Positions 59,276 to 64,000 of a stretch of 64,000 nt of DNA are shown here, one piece after another; the stretch's first letter is position 1, and every line of letters begins with the position of its first letter. Source of the DNA: Bacteroidota bacterium (GTDB lineage: Bacteria; Bacteroidota; Rhodothermia; Rhodothermales; Bin80); NCBI GenBank assembly GCA_028875125.1, contig JAPPGC010000106.1, positions 5,217 through 69,216 on the forward strand, in the 5' to 3' direction. A model generated the notes under the pieces. The model had not been told where the DNA came from. It worked only from the letters and a program-made list of their open reading frames with translations, and searched no databases. The position numbers were made by a program, and so were the translations under genes.

Positions 59276-59626
59276 ATGAAACTCGTAAAAGCAATAGTCC
59301 GGCCATCTAGACTACCGGATGTTCTTCGGGCCCTGTATGCAGCAGATATCACTGGACTCACCGTTTCGCGTGTGCGCGGACACGGAGGTCAGGTTGAAGT
59401 CGTGGAAACCTATCGGGGTACAACTGTGAAAATGGAAATGCATGATAAGGTAATGATTGACATAGGTGTATCTGACACATTTGTTGATATTGCGGTTGAT
59501 GCGATCTGCAGTAGCGCAGCTACGGGCAGTGTAGGCGACGGTAAGATATTCGTGCTGCCAGTTGAGCGAGTTATCCGAGTCCGTACGGGGGAAGAGGACG
59601 TAGCTGCCGTGACCCCTGTCCGCTAG
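59276..59626 (+). CDS. glnK: P-II nitrogen regulatory protein (GlnK-type, amtB-linked)
   Basis: It aligns without gaps to the canonical P-II (MKLVKAIVRP...YRG...GDGKIFV...RVRTGEED). It starts 6 nt downstream of amtB. Confidence 0.9.
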   Translation: MKLVKAIVRPSRLPDVLRALYAADITGLTVSRVRGHGGQVEVVETYRGTTVKMEMHDKVMIDIGVSDTFVDIAVDAICSSAATGSVGDGKIFVLPVERVIRVRTGEEDVAAVTPVR

Positions 59627-59635
59627 ACTGGGTAG

Positions 59636-59669
59636 TCCTGGTCATCTGGTGTCAGACAGGTGGCCAGGA
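59636..59669 (+). terminator. Strong hairpin after glnK (13-bp stem, 8-nt loop), no U-tract
   Basis: TCCTGGTCATCTG-gtgtcaga-CAGGTGGCCAGGA forms 11 Watson-Crick pairs plus 2 G-U pairs. It begins 10 nt after the glnK stop. Confidence 0.45.
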
Positions 59670-59739
59670 TGTGCCCGTGATCCATTCAACCCCATGTGTG
59701 CTTGTGCGTACAAGGTCCCGTGCATCGCCGGTTTTGTTC

Positions 59740-60297
59740 ATGGATTCCCTGTATTGGATCAGTCTGATTGTTGGTGGTGTGTTTGTGCTGCTATCGTTGC
59801 TTGGCGGAGGTGATACGGATGTGGATGCAGATACGGAAATGGACCTGGACACCGAGGCGGAACCGGGCGCTGGATCAGGATGGATAGATCTGTTTTCGCT
59901 GCGCACAGTGTTTCTGTTTGCAGCATTCTTTGGTCTTTGCGGAGCTTTGCTTCCATTGGCGGATGTAACCGGGATTGCCCGTTTAGTTGCTTCTCTAGGG
60001 GTCGGTTTGACTGTTGGGATGGGCGGCAATTTTATCATCAAACGGGTCGGATATGCACATATTTCCAGTGAGGTCACTGCTTCAGACCTCAAGGGACGTA
60101 CTGGTGAGGTTATCATTCCGTTTGGACATTCGGATAAGGGAAAAATAACTCTGGTCACGAAGGGGCAGCGTATGCAGTTGCAGGCGCGCGGATTTGAGGG
60201 ATCAGAGGATGTGTTCGCCGAAGGCGAAGAAGTCGTCGTCATTCGAATGGAGGGGGCAGTTGCTGAAGTTGTAAAAACTACGGGATCAGTACGATGA
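59740..60297 (+). CDS. NfeD-family membrane protein (YqiJ-like)
   Basis: N-terminal TM helices, an acidic loop and a C-terminal OB-fold-like segment (GRTGEVIIPF...GKITLV). It lies upstream of a flotillin gene. Start at ATG 59740. Confidence 0.7.
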   Translation: MDSLYWISLIVGGVFVLLSLLGGGDTDVDADTEMDLDTEAEPGAGSGWIDLFSLRTVFLFAAFFGLCGALLPLADVTGIARLVASLGVGLTVGMGGNFIIKRVGYAHISSEVTASDLKGRTGEVIIPFGHSDKGKITLVTKGQRMQLQARGFEGSEDVFAEGEEVVVIRMEGAVAEVVKTTGSVR

Positions 60298-60473
60298 GGT
60301 ACAGGGAGGGCGCTCGAATACTGCACTCCCTCATATGCGTGTTCTGGGGCCACTTATCCTGGAACGCTACGGAGAGAAACCGGCCGCAGTTCAAACGTAA
60401 ATGCATCGGCTTCTCGCGTGCATGTGTCCCACGACCAATAATTCTTTTTTCTTCTTCTTAAACCCGTCAACAA

Positions 60474-61718
60474 ATGGAAATCATTGGATTTGCTGTCATC
60501 GTAGGCGGCTCAATTGTCGCTGCACTGCTGGTGATATTCGGAATTGTGCGTTCAAACCTCAAGATTTGTCAACCCAATGAGGTGCTCATCTTTAGTGGAC
60601 GCAGACGGCGTTTGAGCGATGGTAGCAAAGTGGGGTATCGGTTCATCAAGGGCGGCCGTGGTTTTCGAATTCCCATTATTGAACAGGTTGCCCGAATTCG
60701 CCTGAATACCATTCCGTTGGATTTGACGGTCCAGAACGCGTACTCAAAGGGAGGAATTCCGTTGACTGTGCGCGCGATCGCCAACGTTAAGGTTGCTTCA
60801 AATGAATCCGAACTTGCAAATGCAGTGGAGCGGCTGCTGGGTAAAGATCCCTATGAAATCCAAACGATTGCAAAAGAAACTCTGGAGGGAAATCTGCGCG
60901 GCGTGCTGGCAACACTCACACCAGAGGAAGTCAATGAGGATCGTTTGAAATTTGCAAAGGAGTTGTTGTCTGAGGCGGACAATGATTTGAATGCTCTCGG
61001 TTTGCAGTTGGATACGATGAAGATCCAGAGCGTGGAGGATGATGCAGGTTACCTGGATGCAATTGGACGACAGCAGTCAGCGCATATTATTGCCGCAGCC
61101 CGAGTTGCCGAGGCAGAAAAACGTGAGGAGGCAAGACTGGCAGAAACCGATGCAGACAAGAAGATTGAGCAGGCGGAAAACGACCTACGCATTCTGAAGG
61201 CACAATTGTCTGCCAAGAGTACTGCCGAAGAAGCCCGGATTGATGTTGCCGGCGAAGTAGCGGCAGCCCAGGCCCGTCAGGAACTCGCACTAGAAGAGAT
61301 TAAGCTAGCAGAAAAAACGCAGCGTGCAGAAATCATTGTTGCGGCAGAAGCCGAACGTCAGGCTAAAGAGGAGATTGCAAAAGGCAACGCGGCCAGAATA
61401 TTTGAGGATGGCAATGCAGAAGTAGAGGTCCTGCGCCAAAAACTGGAACTCTGGCAGGGAGCGGGATCGAATGCCGAACGACTGTTCCTGATTCAGATGC
61501 TGCCGGATATACTCAAGCAGGTGGTCCAGACCGTTGATAACCTCTCTATTGATAAGCTGACCGTAGTTGACAGTGGCAGCGGAAAAGGGGTGCCATCGGT
61601 CTTCAACCAGATCGCGGGATCCACCCCGGCACTACTGGGAAGCCTCAAAGCTTCAACCGGCATTGACATTGCCGCCATGTTAGGCAGTGTGGCCAATGAT
61701 TCTGGAGAAGACAAGTAG
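60474..61718 (+). CDS. SPFH/band-7 flotillin-like protein (YqiK type)
   Basis: N-terminal membrane hairpin, an SPFH domain and a long A/E-rich flotillin coiled coil (AEAEKREEARLAETDADKKIEQAE...). Confidence 0.85.
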   Translation: MEIIGFAVIVGGSIVAALLVIFGIVRSNLKICQPNEVLIFSGRRRRLSDGSKVGYRFIKGGRGFRIPIIEQVARIRLNTIPLDLTVQNAYSKGGIPLTVRAIANVKVASNESELANAVERLLGKDPYEIQTIAKETLEGNLRGVLATLTPEEVNEDRLKFAKELLSEADNDLNALGLQLDTMKIQSVEDDAGYLDAIGRQQSAHIIAAARVAEAEKREEARLAETDADKKIEQAENDLRILKAQLSAKSTAEEARIDVAGEVAAAQARQELALEEIKLAEKTQRAEIIVAAEAERQAKEEIAKGNAARIFEDGNAEVEVLRQKLELWQGAGSNAERLFLIQMLPDILKQVVQTVDNLSIDKLTVVDSGSGKGVPSVFNQIAGSTPALLGSLKASTGIDIAAMLGSVANDSGEDK

Positions 61719-61817
61719 ATCCGCACAACTGTTCTCGCCTCGGTAGGTGTGGAACAGTCGGTCATTACCTCTGCAGAAAAGTCCGTAGCTGAACACTGAG
61801 GTCGTAAAGCAGTTGCG

Positions 61818-61864
61818 CCCGACAACCAGCCCGCATCAATAATAGAAGCGCACTGGCGGTCGGG
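61818..61864 (-). terminator. Composite hairpin in the convergent gap between the flotillin and M16 genes
   Basis: CCCGAC/GTCGGG plus a 9-bp inner stem enclose a 13-nt AT-rich loop. Pairing is better in the minus-strand transcript (one mismatch, one G-U). There is no clear U-tract. Confidence 0.3.
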
Positions 61865-61909
61865 TGCAAAATAATTGGTCGGCAGCCGAACTTCCCTGCC
61901 ACCGGTTTC

Positions 61910-64000
61910 TCAGTTTTCAGCTATGTTGCCATCAGGATCCAGTTGCACGACATCTCCATAGCCTAACTCCTCGATACCGGTCGTGATAACACTCAGGTCG
62001 CCCACAATCAACCAAATGAGGTCATTCGGCCGGAGTACCTCCTTGGCAGCTTCGGCAATCGTATCTACATTCAGAGCACGCACCTGATCAGGATAGGTGT
62101 CGTAGTAGTTTTCCGGCAAATCGTACTGGACGAGCTGTTGTATGCTACTAGATACGGATCCATTGGTCTCCCAGAGTCCCGGCAGGGCAAGCGTCTGGCT
62201 CTCCTGTGCCTTGAGAACCTCGTCTGCTGTTGCAGGATTATCTCCCAAAATGCCTTCAAGCTCGCCCTTGATTTCCATCATGGACTCTACTGTCTTATCC
62301 GTCTGGACAGGTGCGTATACCAGGAATGGACGCTGTCCGCGTGCAGTAAGCAGCAAAGAGCTTGCACCGTAGGACCATCCTTTCTCCTCACGCAGATTCA
62401 TATTGATCCGCGAAACAAAAGCACCTCCCAAGACCGTGTTCATGGTCTTAATACCGATATTGTTTGGCGTATTGCGTGGAGGGGCCAGATGACCAGCTAA
62501 AATGATAGATTGCTGGGCCTGAGGCCGGTCCATAAGGTATATGCGGGAACCTCCCTCGGACGTTACTGAAGCAATGTTTTTTGAGGGCACTTCTGCGGGC
62601 TTCCAGCTTCCCAGACGGGCTTCCAGAAGGGGAACAAGTGTTTCTAGGTCTATGTCCCCGACTGCAATCAGTGTTGCGTTGTTGGGTCTGAACCAGGTAT
62701 CATGATAAACAAGGAGATCCTCGCGTGACATATTGGTGACCGAGGCCTCCGTTCCGCTGCCTGTAAAGGGATTACTGTACGCGTGATCTGTGCCGTAGTA
62801 GAGTGCCGGCATCACACGCAGTGCCATTTGAACCGGATTCACCTTCTCCCTTTGGATTGCTGCCAGGCGCTCCTGCTTCAAGCGGGCAAACTCTGACTCA
62901 GCAAAGGACGGATTCAGAATAACGTCTGCGAAGAGGTCCAGACTTGCTTCGAGGTTTGCCATAAGCGCTGTCAAGCTCACAGAAGAGCCATCCAGGCCGG
63001 CGCCTGCACCTAGGCTTGCACCAAGGTTCGCAAGACGGTCATTGATTTCCAGGGCAGTGAGGCTGGTTGTGCCTTCATCCAACATAGACATGACCATACT
63101 TGCCGTGCCCGGGGCAATTCCTTGGTCAGAGGCATAGCCCGCATCCAGCACCAGCGTCACGTCGAGTGCAGGCACGGAACTACGCTTTGCAAGGATGATT
63201 TCCAATCCGTTACTGAGTTTTGACCGCTGAAACTCAGGGAACTTTACCTCAGGCTCGTCGCCGGTTTCGGGCAGAGTTGAGCGGTCAGACGGCTCGACTG
63301 TCGCGGACAATTCAGGGAAGGGATGTACTTCCAATATATACACGCCGTCCGAGAGCCATTCCTCGGCGGTTTTGCGCACACTTTCGGGAGTCGCTGCATC
63401 TTTGTCACGGAAAGACTTCAGGTAAGCGTCAGGGCTACCGCCGTAGATCTCGGAGGATGCCAAAATGTCTGATTTACCCCCAAAACCTCCGATGCGCTCC
63501 ATACCATAAATGAAACCTGCTTTTTCCTGTGTAATTATCCGGCGGAGTTCCTCCGGTGTAGGTCCATCTGAGAGGAATGCAGCTAATTCCTCATTTAGTG
63601 CTGTCTCGACGTCCACAAGTGCGACCCCCGGACGCGCCGTTGCCTGAATAGTAAACTGGCTTCCTATGCTGCCCGAAGAAACAGATGCACTGGCGTTTGT
63701 TGCAATCTGATCTGTGTAAACCAGCCGCTTGTAGAACCGCGAATTTTTGCCGCTGGAAAGTACGCTGGATGCCAGGTCCAAAAGATGATAATCTTTGGAA
63801 TAGCGCTCGGGTACGTTCCAGACTTTATAGATGCGCGATTGTGGTACGCGATCCTGCATGATTTCGCGCTGTTCTCCTGTACGTTTGGCAACCCAGGTAT
63901 CGAATTGAGATACTGGCGGGCCGGGTGGAATATCTCCAAAGTATTTTTCAGTCAAGGCACGGGCCTCACTCACGGTAATATCCCCCGCGATTGAGAGGAC
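61910..64000 (-). CDS. M16 (pitrilysin/insulinase) family peptidase, C-terminal about 700 aa (5' end beyond the window)
   Basis: The frame stays open upstream of the track's GTG start through to nt 64000 (..VLSIAGDITVSEARALTEKYFGDIP..). The repeated M16 inactive/active domain pattern is visible. The HxxEH zinc motif would lie outside the window. Confidence 0.75.
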   Translation of the reverse strand, partial: VLSIAGDITVSEARALTEKYFGDIPPGPPVSQFDTWVAKRTGEQREIMQDRVPQSRIYKVWNVPERYSKDYHLLDLASSVLSSGKNSRFYKRLVYTDQIATNASASVSSGSIGSQFTIQATARPGVALVDVETALNEELAAFLSDGPTPEELRRIITQEKAGFIYGMERIGGFGGKSDILASSEIYGGSPDAYLKSFRDKDAATPESVRKTAEEWLSDGVYILEVHPFPELSATVEPSDRSTLPETGDEPEVKFPEFQRSKLSNGLEIILAKRSSVPALDVTLVLDAGYASDQGIAPGTASMVMSMLDEGTTSLTALEINDRLANLGASLGAGAGLDGSSVSLTALMANLEASLDLFADVILNPSFAESEFARLKQERLAAIQREKVNPVQMALRVMPALYYGTDHAYSNPFTGSGTEASVTNMSREDLLVYHDTWFRPNNATLIAVGDIDLETLVPLLEARLGSWKPAEVPSKNIASVTSEGGSRIYLMDRPQAQQSIILAGHLAPPRNTPNNIGIKTMNTVLGGAFVSRINMNLREEKGWSYGASSLLLTARGQRPFLVYAPVQTDKTVESMMEIKGELEGILGDNPATADEVLKAQESQTLALPGLWETNGSVSSSIQQLVQYDLPENYYDTYPDQVRALNVDTIAEAAKEVLRPNDLIWLIVGDLSVITTGIEELGYGDVVQLDPDGNIAEN

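Noticed and set aside
59652-60353. 233-aa minus-strand ORF covering the NfeD region.
   Set aside because: Its composition is low-complexity S/T/P/R-rich with no start context. The plus-strand frame gives a protein with TM helices, an OB-like C-terminus and the expected position upstream of a flotillin gene.

Overview
This 64-kb chromosomal window most likely comes from the Bacteroidota/Rhodothermota/Balneolota (FCB) lineage. The clues are a T9SS C-terminal sorting domain, a short GlgA-like gene next to a DUF4270-like lipoprotein, a long NagB-LmbE fusion, three Tat-signal Gfo/Idh/MocA proteins and a DUF1080 protein. I support about 50 protein-coding genes, two of them cut by the window edges. 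I recognised no rRNA, tRNA, CRISPR array, transposase or integrase. Most of the window is housekeeping: alr, rsgA, lon, sucC, eno-ftsB-glucokinase-lptD-like, msrA, clpB, smc, PPi-type pfk, amtB-glnK, NfeD-flotillin and an M16 peptidase. Three regions look accessory and are my best candidates for something uncharacterised. (1) 28.1-33.9 kb is a tight four-gene operon: two Tat-exported Gfo/Idh/MocA dehydrogenases, an ApbE flavin transferase with no export signal, and a fused membrane/2x[4Fe-4S]/2xCCG (DsrMK/HdrD-like) protein. It sits among DUF1080, YceI, BNR/sortilin and a third Tat-Gfo gene. (2) 49.9-56.3 kb is a ten-gene co-directional cluster. It runs Spy/CpxP-like, ECF sigma, anti-sigma, membrane coiled-coil protein, MacA/MacB-type ABC exporter, small 4-TM protein, hyper-acidic Met/Asp-rich lipoprotein, and a ComEA-like 2xHhH lipoprotein. 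(3) 24.55-28.14 kb holds a visibly GC-rich 2.4-kb gene between two ORF-poor gaps of about 0.55-0.64 kb. It encodes a soluble single-polypeptide two-component system (GAF-PAS-HisKA-HATPase-REC-OmpR wHTH). Smaller sequence-level oddities include a perfect 14-bp tandem duplication across the msrA start codon, palindromes upstream of clpB and downstream of the nitrilase gene, an extremely AT-rich tract with nested inverted repeats upstream of amtB, and a GlnK lacking Tyr51. All functional calls rest on motifs I could read in the supplied translations. No database search, HMM scan or folding calculation was run. Family names are recognition-level assignments, and every system-level claim is a hypothesis.
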